52,670 nt of DNA from Nemertoderma westbladi (Eukaryota > Animalia > Xenacoelomorpha): positions 1 through 52,670 of the forward strand of contig JAUCBJ010006512.1 in NCBI GenBank assembly GCA_032718475.1. Reading direction: 5' to 3'. Below, in pieces: positions 39,084 to 50,823 of the stretch (the first letter of the stretch is position 1; each line of letters opens with the position of its first letter). The notes beneath the pieces are model-generated. The model had not been told where the DNA came from and ran no database searches. It saw nothing but the letters and a program-made list of their open reading frames with translations. Made by a program: the position numbers and the translations under genes.

Positions 39084-39686
39084 AATATATATTTTTTTTG
39101 TTAAATTGTTTTTGATCAAATTGGGAAAATATAAGTTGAGTAAATGGTAGCCTATGGGACCTACCAGTCTGCCCGTTAAGTACGGTAGGCCTACTCCTCT
39201 AGCAGCCTAGAACTGTAGAGTAAAGTAGAAACACAGAAACAGGATGCAAATAATTGGAATAAAATTATTGACAAACACAAATATATTTAAACTGGGTTGA
39301 ACTAATAGCAAGTTGGGCGTCCCCAAGAGAGCAATCCCAGAAAGCTAAAACTGTAAAAGTTCACAGGAATCACTTCTCAGTCTCAGACTGAAAAGTCAGA
39401 ATATGAGCGAAAATATGCGGTCCTGAGGCGGAGCTCGCAAGTTCGCAGGATTGGTTGTAATTAAACAGTGACGAGCAGTTTAATTTTGAAATAAGGGCAA
39501 TGTCTGGCCGTATAACAGCAAACCAGCAGTGTCCTGCCCTACCGGGCTACCGGTAGGTGAATGCGAGTTCGGAACTTGGCCACATTGACGCAAAGAAGCA
39601 CAAACCGCACAGGTTGGTTTGAGAACGCCGAATTTTGATTCGGGCAATCCTCCTCAACCAACTGCAACCTAACCTATAAAGGAAAG

Positions 39687-39700
39687 GTTCTGATTTTTAT
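39687..39700 (-). promoter_or_regulatory. Primer-binding-site position; complementary to the LTR itself rather than to a tRNA 3' end
   Basis: Minus strand ATAAAAATCAGAAC abuts the 5' LTR and has no TGG. It is a 14/14 complement of the LTR minus-strand sequence GTTCTGATTTTTAT (43098-43111; 30194-30207). Confidence 0.7.
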
Positions 39701-39741
39701 TATCACGGCGACTACCTCATACAGTCATATGCCAGTACTGC

Positions 39742-42589
39742 CCCTATTGAAAAGTTTTATTTTCTGCGCCGAGCGCGGCGCCGGGTGCCAAAAATCCTGC
39801 GCCGGCTCTGAGCAAAACCACGCCGGGTGCAAAAAATCCTGCGCCGGCTCTGTGCAAAACCACGCCGGGTGCAAAGAATCCTGCGCCGGCTCTGTGCAAA
39901 CCAACGCCCATGCCAGGTGCAAAAATACGGCTCTGTGCAATGCAAAATGCTGCGCCGGGTGGAAAATAAAACATAAAATCTGCCTGTTATACTGTACAGT
40001 ACCTGTAGTTTATTCGGTTATCTATAATACTGCAGCTGCACTAATCAATCCGAGTTTACTTAAACGAACGAAAGTTGTGGGTGGGTGAAATGAAAATAAG
40101 GATACAGAGACGGAAAACCTTAATAAAGACAAATGCAACAAGTACAGTAGGTACGTTGTTATATTCCATAATTGTAACATTACGAAACAACTACTTAAGA
40201 AACACTGCATGTAAATTTTTGTTGTCAAGTGTACATTTTTTGAAATTACTCAAATGTTACAATATGAATTATAGAAAGAATATTAAAGACTACTTCAGTT
40301 GGCCTACAATAGTCCTTGTATTTATGTACTACGTTCTACTTTACTACATACTACGTAATGTGGTCCAGTATACGTCTATGCTACAGATACGGTATGTGGT
40401 ATGTCTGAATAAATAATGACTAGCTGTATGTTATGTTATGTTATTAATATCGCCAGAATAACAATAAAATATTAATTTTTGCACATGTACATACACGTCA
40501 GCACGTACAGTAGATTAAAATAAAATGAACACATATCTGGCAAAGTACGCTAATAAGCGTATGTATGTACTATTGTAAGAAAAATACGGATAATGGTATT
40601 CAGGTAAAATTAGTAAAATATTTAAAATTATAGTTTATTTACAGTACAGTTGGTGGATATTAATTATTAAAAAAAATGATATTACAGTAAAATTAAATTA
40701 AAAACCGGCAAAGCATACTTACAGTAGGTTCAAGGGCTTCAACAACATACAGTACTAAAGGCAAACATATTAATAAGGACAAGTTTACAATACTCTATAG
40801 GATACAACACAACAATACGTAGTTATACAGAACATAAATTTGGTACCGTAGGTATGTCGCATAAGTAAAATATTACTGCTGAAATAAAACGCGCAAAGTA
40901 AAGTAACTACAAAAGATAGGAAAACAATTAAACATAAAAAAACACTATTTTAAAATTTAACACAAAAAAATGTTTTTTGGGATTGAAAAAATGAAAATAA
41001 TAGGTACTGTAGCTTGATTTTAATATCGTTGTATCCGAAAGATATCGCTTTCGCTACTGCCACTTGGCGCACAGGAGTATCACTATATTCATTTTAAGGG
41101 ACATTTCGCAGTCTAGTCTATTTTTGAATATGCTCAATCATGGAGTACCAAGGGTATTACGTGCATTAACAACACTTTCCGGTAATGGTAAAGGATTCAA
41201 AATGTTTACAACGCTGTCTGCAAAGTTGTTGCGTGTTAGCATTGGTGGAGTTAGGAACGAAACTGGAAGAAATTATTTCGCTCAATTTTGTCAATCCCGT
41301 TGATAAACTTGTATGTTGTTATAAGGTTGGCTAGTACACGGCGATATATTAGTGTCGGTAGTTTGAGTGCAAGTAGTCGGTTTTCATATGACAACTCAGC
41401 CAGCGATAGTACAACTGTACAAGGCGAGTGACCACACGTTGTTGTACTTGTTTAAGACGTTCAATATTTATCATGTCGGAGGAATGGCGAACAAACAACT
41501 GTGTCGTATTCAAGGAGAGGCCGACAAGGGATTTGTATAACAGGGTCAGAGGGTAAACATCGGAGCTTCCAAATATGTAAAAGTTCTTCGTATTAAATGT
41601 ACGACTCGCATGGCGCGGGCTGCAGTCTTTGTGCAGTGAGCTGTGATGCTGTGAAGGACAAGTCTGGTGTAAATGTACTTCCAAAATCACGTTCCTCGGT
41701 TGCCGAGAAAAGTGTCCGTCCATTCATTGTGTAAAACGTTGCTTGGGGATTTCTAGAACCTAGATGCTTGCATGACCTTGCACTTGGAGTCATTGAACTG
41801 CAATTTCCAATGGTTACACATGTGTGTCGGTAATAAATTGTTTCATTATCAATAGTGCCATTGCCATAGTATAAGTCGTTTTGTTTTATTCACTGTTCAA
41901 CTTATTCTGTCTGCCTGTTTTATTATATGTGCAGTTTTATTTATACGCTTCTATGACAGCGGTGTCTCCATCCAAATAATATAATATAATATAAATATAG
42001 CTTATACTATACAGCAATATTAAGTAAATAAATAAACTGACTATGACCAATAGCAATAATGACTGATCAGCTGATAGCTGGAACTGTGATAGCCTACCTG
42101 CCTGCCTGCCTACTGCATAACAGCATAAGGTTAAATACGTAAATAAATGACCAGTTGCAGTCAGCCAGTGCTGCAGTGTGAGTTTCCTTTCTGCCTCCTG
42201 CATGGCCAGTTGTTATTGTGTTGCTGTGCTGTTGGTCTGATGAACGCATGTCTGCTGTCTCAGTCTCACTGTGCACTGTCTGCCTGGTGCTAGGTTCGGC
42301 TGATTTCTGCGCCAGGCAAATATGTACGCCGGGTGTGCTGGGCTGATTCCTGCTCCGGCGCCGGGTCAATTTCTGCAGCGTCGACGCCGGGAATATTTCG
42401 ACGCCTGCTGCGCCGAGCGCAGCATCTCTACCATTGGCAGTGCTCCGCCGGCTACGCCGGCGTAGCACATCTCTGCGCCGACCCTTCCGGCTCATTGCCC
42501 GGCGTAGCACATTTCTGCGCCAGCTCCCGGCGCAAGTTCTAGTGCTGCGCCGAACGTGCTCGGCGTACATGTAAAACTTTTCAATAGGG
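39742..42589. mobile_element. 2.85-kb non-autonomous DNA transposon, CCC...GGG termini, 8-bp TSD; superfamily unresolved
   Basis: Perfect 18-bp TIR CCCTATTGAAAAGTTTTA. TSD AGTACTGC at 39734-41 and 42590-97. GC-rich subterminal CGCCGG repeats (42-bp unit x~3 at left). No transposase. Confidence 0.9.
41105..41830 (-). pseudogene. Degenerate CR1-like LINE ORF2 (RT C-terminal) fragment
   Basis: Across frames: WKLQFNDSKCKVM, YTMNG..L...EERDFG, LYKSLV, IERLKQVQQR..TRLV, NLITTYKFING, LPESVVNA, FKNRLD. Confidence 0.75.
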
Positions 42590-43307
42590 AGTACTGCAGT
42601 ACGCAGATATGGCAGTATGGAGGAAGCCGTTTAGAAAGTTTCAATATAAAAAAACACCGAAAGGGACGAACCGCAATCTTATATATAAAATACTTTCTTG
42701 GTCCCCGAGCCAGACCAGTCAGTCGTTATGCTGGGCCCTTCTGTCAGGTATGTTCTCTTTTTAATAAGAGAATTGACACTGTCTATCTAATTAATTACCT
42801 TACTATAAAATGTGTATAAAATGTGCTCTGCATATGCCAACCCAACCCAAAGTCCACCCCGATTGGCCCACCCAAAGTCAGAAAGTCGCCCAAATACAGA
42901 AATGTCCACCCTGATTAGCCCACCCAAACAGCCAAAGTCTGAAAGTTGTAAGAGATAAATAATGAATAACGTGAATAGCGTACGCTCCAGGCAGCCAGGA
43001 CGGTAGAAAGGTGCCAGGATCCGAGGCTGGACAGGTTTATCCGATTATATGAGTAATCTGGTCGTTAGATAGTTCGGTAGTTAATCGTAAAATCTCCATA
43101 AAAATCAGAACATTCACCAGCACTAACTCTGACTATGATTAAGACAAGCTGACAAGGTCTGTACCGCTGTACCGGTAACAGTATGCAGTATGTTCCGCAG
43201 TTACTGATTCCAAGCCTGTACAGTGCCAGCTGTCCTGTCTCTTTTTTGTGCTTACATTTTTGAGGCCTCAGAAACCAGCTAGTCCCAACCGCCGGGCGTA
43301 CGCAATA

Positions 43308-46300
43308 ATAATGTCCCTGTCCCAATGTTCTCGTAACCCCAATTACCAACCCAATAATGTCCCTGTCCTAGAATGTTCTCGTATCTCAAATTACCAACCC
43401 AATAATGTCCCTGTCCTAGAATGTTCTCGTATCTCAAATTATCAACCCAATAATGTCCCTGTCCTAGAATGTTCTCGTATCTCAAATTATCAACCCAATA
43501 ATGTCCCTGTCCCAGAATGTTCTCGTAACCCCAATTACCAACCCAATAATGTCCCTGTCCCAATGTTCTCGTAACCCCAATTACCAACCCAATAATGTCC
43601 CTGTCCCAGAATGTTCTCGTATCTCAAATTACCAACCCAATAATGTCCCTGTCCTAGAATGTTCTCGTTTCTCAAATTATCAACCCAATAATGTCCCTGT
43701 CCTAGAATGTTCTCGTATCTCAAATTATCAACCCAATAATGTCCCTGTCCTAGAATGTTCTCGTATCTCAAATTTATCAACCCAATAATGTCCCTGTCCT
43801 AGAATGTTCTCGTATCTCAAATTATCAACCCAATAATGTCCCTGTCCTAGAATGTTCTCGTATCTCAAATTATCAACCCAATAATGTCCCTGTCCTAGAA
43901 TGTTCTCGTAACCCCAATTACCAACCCAATAATGTCCCTGTCCCAATGTTCTCGTAACCCCAATTACCAACCCAATAATGTCCCTGTCCCAGAATGTTCT
44001 CGTAACCCCAATTACCAACCCAATAATATCCCTGTCCAAATATTCTCGTAACCCCAATTACCAACCCAATAATGTCCCTGTCCTAGAATGTTCTCGTAAC
44101 GCAAATTATCAACCCAATAATGTCCCTGTCCTACTATGTTCTCGTATCTCAAATTATCAACCCAATAATGTCCCTGTCCCAGAATGTTCTCGTAACCCCA
44201 ATTACCAACCCAATAATGTCCCTGTCCTAATGTTCTCGTAACCCAAATTACCAACCCAATAATGTCCCTGTCCTAGAATGTTCTCGTAACCCCAATTACC
44301 AACCCAATAATGTCCCTGTCCTAGAATGTTCTCGTAACCCCAATTACCAACCCAATAATGTCCCTGTCCTAGAATGTTCTCGTAACCCCAATTACCAACC
44401 CAATAATGTCCCTGTCCTAGAATGTTCTCGTAACCCAAATTACCAACCCAATAATGTCCCTGTCCTAGAATGTTCTCGTATCTCAAATTATCAACCCAAT
44501 AATGTCCCTGTCCTAGATTGTTCTCGTAACCCCTATTACCAACCCAATAATGTCCCTGTCCCAGAATGTTCTCGTAACCCCAATTACCAACCCATTAATG
44601 TCCCTGTCCTAATGTTCTCGTAACCCAAATTACCAACCCAATAATGTCCCTGTCCTAATGTTCTCGTAACCCAAATTACTAACCCAATAATGTCCCTGTC
44701 CTAGAATGTTCTCGTAACCCCAATTACCAACCCAATAATGTCCCTGTCCTAGAATGTTCTCGTAACCCCAATTACCAACCCAATAATGTCCCTGTCCTAA
44801 ATTGTTCTCGTAACCCCTATTACCAACCCAATAATGTCCCTGTCCCAGAATGTTCTCGTAACCCCAATTACCAACCCAATAATGTCCCTGTCCCAGAATG
44901 TTCTCGTGACCACAATTACCAACCAAATAATATCCATGTCCCAGAATGTTCTCGTAACCCCAATTACCAACCCAATAATGTCCCTGTCCTAGAATGTTCT
45001 CGTATCTCAAATTATCAACCCAATAATGTCCCTGTCCTAGATTGTTCTCGTAACCCCTATTACCAACCCAATAATGTCCCTGTCCCAGAATGTTCTCGTA
45101 ACCCCAATTACCAACCCAATAATGTCCCTGTCCCAGAATGTTCTCGTGACCACAATTACCAACCAAATAATATCCATGTCCCAGAATGTTCTCGTAACCC
45201 CAATTACCAACCCTATAATGTCCCTGTCCTAGAATGTTCTTGTAACCCCAATTACCAACCCAATAATGTCCCTGTCCCAGAATGTTCTCGTAACCCCAAT
45301 TACCAACCCAATAATGTCCCTGTCCCAGAATGTTCTCGTGACCCCAATTACCAACCAAATAATATCCATGTCCCAGAATGTTCTCGTAACCCCAATTACC
45401 AACCCAATAATGTCCCTGTCCTAGAATGTTCTCGTAACCCCAATTACCAACCCAATAATGTCCCTGTCCCAGAATGTTCTCGTAACCCAAATTACCAACC
45501 CAATAATGTCCCTGTCCTAGAATGTTCTCGTATCTCAAATTATCAACCCAATAATGTCCCTGTCCTAGATTGTTCTCGTAAGCCCAATTACCAACCCAAT
45601 AATGTCCCTGTCCCAGAATGTTCTCGTGACCCCAATTACCAACCAAATATTGTCCCTGTCCCAGAATGTTCTCGTAACCCCAATTACCAACCCAATAATG
45701 TCCCTGTCCCAGAATGTTCTCGTATATCAAATTATCAACCCAATAATGTCCCTGTCCTAGATTGTTCTCGTAAGCCCAATTATCAACCCAATAATGTCCC
45801 TGTCCCAGAATGTTCTCGTGACCCCAATTACCAACCAAATATTGTCCCTGTCCCAGAATGTTCTCGTAACCCCAATTACCAACCCTATAATGTTCCTGTC
45901 CTAGAATGTTCTCGTGACCCAAATGACCAACCCAATAATGTCCCTGTCCCAGAATGTTCTCGTAACCCCAATTACCAATCCAATAATGTCCCTGTCCTAG
46001 AATGTTCTCGTGACCCAAATGACCAACCCAATAATGTCCCTGTCCCAGAATGTTCTCGTAACCCCAATTACCAACCCAATAATGTTCCTGTCCTAGAATG
46101 TTCTCGTAACCCAAATTACCAACCCAATAATGTCCCTGTCCTAGATTGCTCTCGTAACCCCAATTACCAACCCAATAATATCCCTATCCCAGAATGTTCT
46201 CGTAACCCCAATTACCAACCCAATAATGTCCCTGTCCCAGAATGTTCTCGTGACCCCAATTACCAACCAAATATTGTCCCTGTCCTAGATTGTTCTCGTA

Positions 46301-47124
46301 ACCCCAATTACTAACCCAATAATGTCCCTGTCCCAGAATGTTCTCGTAACCCCAATTACCAACCCAATAATGTCCCTGTCCTAGAATGTTCTCGTGACCC
46401 CAATTACCAACCCAATAATATCCATGTCCCAGAATGTTCTCGTAACCCAAATTACCAACCCAATAATGTTCCTGTCCCAGAATGTTCTCGTGACCCCAAT
46501 TACCAACAAAATATTGTCCCTGTCCTAAATTGTTCTCGTAACTCCAATTACCAACCCAATAATATCCATGTCCCAGAATGTTCTCGTGACCCCAATTACC
46601 AACCCAATAATGTCCCTGTCCTAGAATGTTCTCGTAACCCAAATTACCAACCCAATAATGTTCCTGTCCCAGAATGTTCTCGTGACCCCAATTACCAACC
46701 AAATATTGTCCCTGTCCTAAATTGTTCTCGTAACTCCAATTACCAACCCAATAATATCCATGTCCCAGAATGTTCTCGTAACCCCAATTACCAACCCAAT
46801 AATGTCCCTGTCCTAGAATGTTCTCGTAACCCAAATTACCAACCCAATATTGTTCCTGTCCCAGAATGTTCTCGTGACCCCAATTACAAACCAAATATTG
46901 TCCCTGTCCTAAATTGTTCTCGTAACTCCAATTACCAACCCAATAATATCCATGTCCCAGAATGTTCTCGTAACCCCAATTACCAACCCAATAATGTCCC
47001 TGTCCCAGAATGTTCTCGTGAACCCAATTACCAACACAATAATGTCCCTGTCCCAGAATGTTCTCGTGACCCCAATTACCAACCCAATAATGTCCATGTC
47101 CTAGAATGTTCTCGTAACCCCAAT
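43308..47124. repeat. 48-bp satellite array, right arm
   Basis: Same unit as 18688-29649, with distal-enriched variants (GTGACC, CCAAATATTG). Confidence 0.97.
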
Positions 47125-48205
47125 AATTACAAAGCAGCTCTGGGTATTTAATAAAAGTGTTTACTTTGCGCAGTCAATCATCCATTTCTATTCTCACCTT
47201 ACAATTGATATAATTCTTTTGAGGGAATTGTTTGAAGTTTTTTTTATAAGTTTTTTTTTAAGTTTTTATTAAGTTAAGGCCTACTGTATACTGTATAAAG
47301 TTGACGAAAAGTCAAAAATTTCATATTTCACCAAGGGCAAAGTATATTATAACACCATGAAGCCATGGTATTATTATATTAACACGAACTTCCAAAGTAA
47401 AAATATTACCAAACTTTAACATTAACTACCATATAACTGTGGGTGGTGACATGTTGTTTGGCAAAAGTTTAGAAATTTTCCAAGTTGAATTTCCGTGTGG
47501 CCTTCGAGAAGCTAAGATAATAGCAGTTAATTAGTTAATCTGTCGCTTTTTTTGCAATGTTCAATTTTGAACGTTAATAACTCGATCAATCCTCGATGAA
47601 ATGTAACCAAACCTGGTACACAAATTGTTTGACAAAAGTTTAGAAATTTTCCAAGTTGAATTTGCTTGGGGCCTTCGTGCAGCACCAGTGTAACTGTCTT
47701 AAAGTTATAATAAATTTACTTTTCCAAAATTATAACGCTTGACATCAGCAGGTTGCTAGGAGACTAAATCAGCTGGGTTTCGGGCAAATTACGAAATTAT
47801 AGTAATGCCATTGTGGCCTGTCTGCCTGTACCGGTACTATACTCAATGTCAATTCCTGTATCAGGAATCCTTTAATCAGACAATACAGCAATACTGCAAT
47901 AGGCCTACCATACTGTATTCGGTGTTTTACGGTACTGGCTGACTGGTACCGCGGTACCGGTGCAGTGATTATAGATCACGTATACTTGTACTACAAGACA
48001 GGCCTAATTCTGTAGGCCCTAATTAGCCATGCAGTGCGGACTCCGGACTGTTGGACTGCGGTCCTGAATTAGATTAGAGGGTCCATTGGCGCCGTCCGCC
48101 GTACCGCCCTACTACCTGACTACTGTCAGACTGTAGAAGTATAACCGGACTGGTAGCAACTGCTGAACTGCCAACTACAGACAGACAGAACTACCGGTAC
48201 GGTAC

Positions 48206-49195
48206 CAGGGATGGCAATTAGGTTTTAATATTAGGTTTTATTATTAGGTTTTAATAAAAAACCTAGTGTAAAAATTATTAGGTTTTATTAGGTTTTATTG
48301 GGTTTTATTCCAGTCTGCCACGAGAGTGCAATCCGTTGGCCTAATTATTGGGTATGGGGGAAAACCCTCACATTTCGTTGTTTGTACATACTCCTTTGTG
48401 ACCAGTGACTGCTAGACCTTCAAAGACGGTTCGATTAGACATTAGCTAGCAGATTAGCCAGTCGGGGAGTTCTATTTCAGTATTTACAACTGAGTTGAAA
48501 GTTCAACTTTATTTTTTAAAATTCAACTTTTGGAGAAGGGTTTAAAATTCAACTTTTGGAGTAGGTTTGGAAATACTGATAAATATGGAATTGGAATCCA
48601 TTACTGGTATTCCATTGTATAATAATTATGACATAGCAGCATAGGCCTATAGTGGTAATTTAATACGATTCATTACATAGTATTTCAGCTAATTTGCAAA
48701 TGTAATCAATCACTTTAAATGTTTTTAAAAAATGTAATCCCGGCGGTGAAAGTTTTTATTCCATCGGTAATGAGGGTTGATTTTTCGAGTTACACCCATA
48801 AAAAGAATAAAAACACCCTTCTGTAACGTCTTGGGGGGGGGGGGGGGGGGGGCTAACTGCAGTACGCAGTACTGTACGTGTACCGGTACGATAGTTTTGC
48901 CATAGTTTGGTGAGATTATTATAAGTTAATAAGTCATACTTGCAATTGCTTCACAGACTTGATAATACCGGTAGGCGCAATGAAACCGCAATGGTCGATT
49001 TAGTGGGTGTTACAACCTTCAAAACAGCAATTAAATCATTGGTTCTCGAAAAATTTCTTAATTTTCGTATGAAAATTTAGGTTTTATTAGGTTTTTTTAG
49101 GTTTTATTAGGTTTTATTAGGTTTTATAAGGTTTTATTCAATAAAAGAAAAAACCTATTTTTGTTTTTTTTTAAATTAGGTTTTAACCATCCCTG
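48206..49195. mobile_element. Non-autonomous hAT element (990 bp)
   Basis: TIR CAGGGATGG/CCATCCCTG. 8-bp TSD TACGGTAC at 48198-205 and 49196-203. TTAGGTTTTA subterminal repeats at both ends. Confidence 0.85.
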
Positions 49196-49387
49196 TACGG
49201 TACTGAACTACGACAGCACTATACCGCATTTCTACGCTCCTGTCAGCGACAAAAGAAAATGAATTTCTTCGTTTACGGTTTCTGCTCTTGTTAACGGTTA
49301 AATATGTTAATTAAAGACTATGTAGGCCTATTGGTACGACCGACGGCACCGGCAACTGGTATAATCAGATGTAGATGTACATACTGA

Positions 49388-50288
49388 CCAGGTTGGAATT
49401 CATGCTGCAAAACTCGGACGCGTACCTGCGCGAATGACCGCAAACCAGATGCGCGTTGCGCGTTTGGGTGAGACAGGTGCGCGTTCGGGTGTGAGACAGG
49501 TGCGCGTTGCGCCTCAGCGCGCAGCTCTGCCTCTGATGCGCACCACAAATTAATTGAAATCACGAAAATACACAAAAAAATTTCGCTCGCTGCGCTCGCA
49601 TTAGTTTCTCATTTCCAATTCTTCAAACAGTCAAATCACTTCACCATAATACTGTAATACCGGCAACCGGAGCTGAATTTGTCTATTTATTTTAACTACA
49701 GTACTCTATTGTTGTATTGTTATTAGGTCTATGCTATGCCGATGTTACGTTAGTAAACAGGTAAAGTCAGAAAGTAACAATGTATTATAAGTATGACTTA
49801 ATTATAAGCCAACTGTATGTTTAAGCCTAATTGTTAGGTAGGCCTATACAAAGTATTATTGGCAGACTGGTACCTATTTCAATATTCGTTTTTTTGAAAT
49901 TACCGGTACATGTTTTGTTTGTAATCTAAAATAATATTTTCTGTTATAAAAGCAGTGAGCCCGATGGGCCACCATAGTAGTGGATTAAAAAATATTTTTT
50001 AATATTAACAATTTTGATGTTGCAAAAATTACATTTATTATGTAAGCCTAGATTCAACGTACAGACAGACAGACGTAAAGATAAGCTTAAAACGCTCAAA
50101 CTTGTAAAATAGGAATGTAAAATTGCTCTTATGAACTGTGCGATTTTTTGAGATATGCATGACATGAGCTGCGCGATTTTGTTTGGATTATGACATATGA
50201 TGAGGTGCGCGACGAGCCAATTTCAGGTGCGCGGTGATTTCAAAACAACAAAGCGTACCTGCGCGCTCATGCATGAATTCCAACCTGG
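49388..50288. mobile_element. Non-autonomous 8-bp-TSD DNA transposon (hAT-like, 901 bp)
   Basis: Perfect 18-bp TIR CCAGGTTGGAATTCATGC. TSD CATACTGA at 49380-87 and 50289-96. AGGTGCGCG subterminal motifs. Confidence 0.85.
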
Positions 50289-50823
50289 CATACTGACATA
50301 CAGACATATCAATCTGCCAATACAACAATAGCAATAAGCTTACCCCTACTGCCCTACCAACCATCCATCGACTCGGCAACTACAACAATGGAAGTTATGC
50401 GGACTAACCAGCTGACCGGCATTCTAAGTTCAGGTACCCACTACCAGAGTCTACCCAGCTGCCCATAAAAGTGTTGGAATTGAAATCAAACAACTCACCA
50501 CCAAGGCCGTCTCTGTCTGTTTAGGGCAGTAGGGTGCATTTATAGTCAGATGCCGTCCGATCCGATCCGATCCGATGCATTTTGGCAATTATTGTAGCTA
50601 CAACTGTCAGACTGCAGACTGTACAAGCCTATAGCTGCTTAGGCCTACTTCTGTTTTTCCTAACACTGAACGCAGTCTGGCAGTATGACTATTGGCCTAT
50701 TGCATTATTGTATTGGCCTATTGCATTATTGTATATCTGTATATGGAAGTATGCAGGTATGGCAGTACTGCAGTACACAGTATGGGATCGTTCGTAGCTC
50801 TGTCTGTCTGTAGCTGACTGTCA

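Larger units (their letters stand above)
29650..43307 (-). mobile_element. Full-length BEL/Pao LTR retrotransposon inserted into the satellite
   Basis: Two near-identical LTRs, 5-bp TSD ATAAT (29645-49, 43308-12), Gag-PR-RT-RH-IN order with BEL-type motifs. The satellite unit resumes in register after the insertion. Confidence 0.95.
39701..43307 (-). repeat. 5' LTR (751 bp net), split by a DNA transposon insertion
   Basis: 39701-39741 and 42598-43307 rejoin into a copy of the 3' LTR once the insert and its 8-bp TSD are removed. Confidence 0.93.

Noticed and set aside
18688-47124. CRISPR-like regular repeat array
   Set aside because: Head-to-tail monomers with no unique spacers, no cas genes and a eukaryotic context; it is a satellite.
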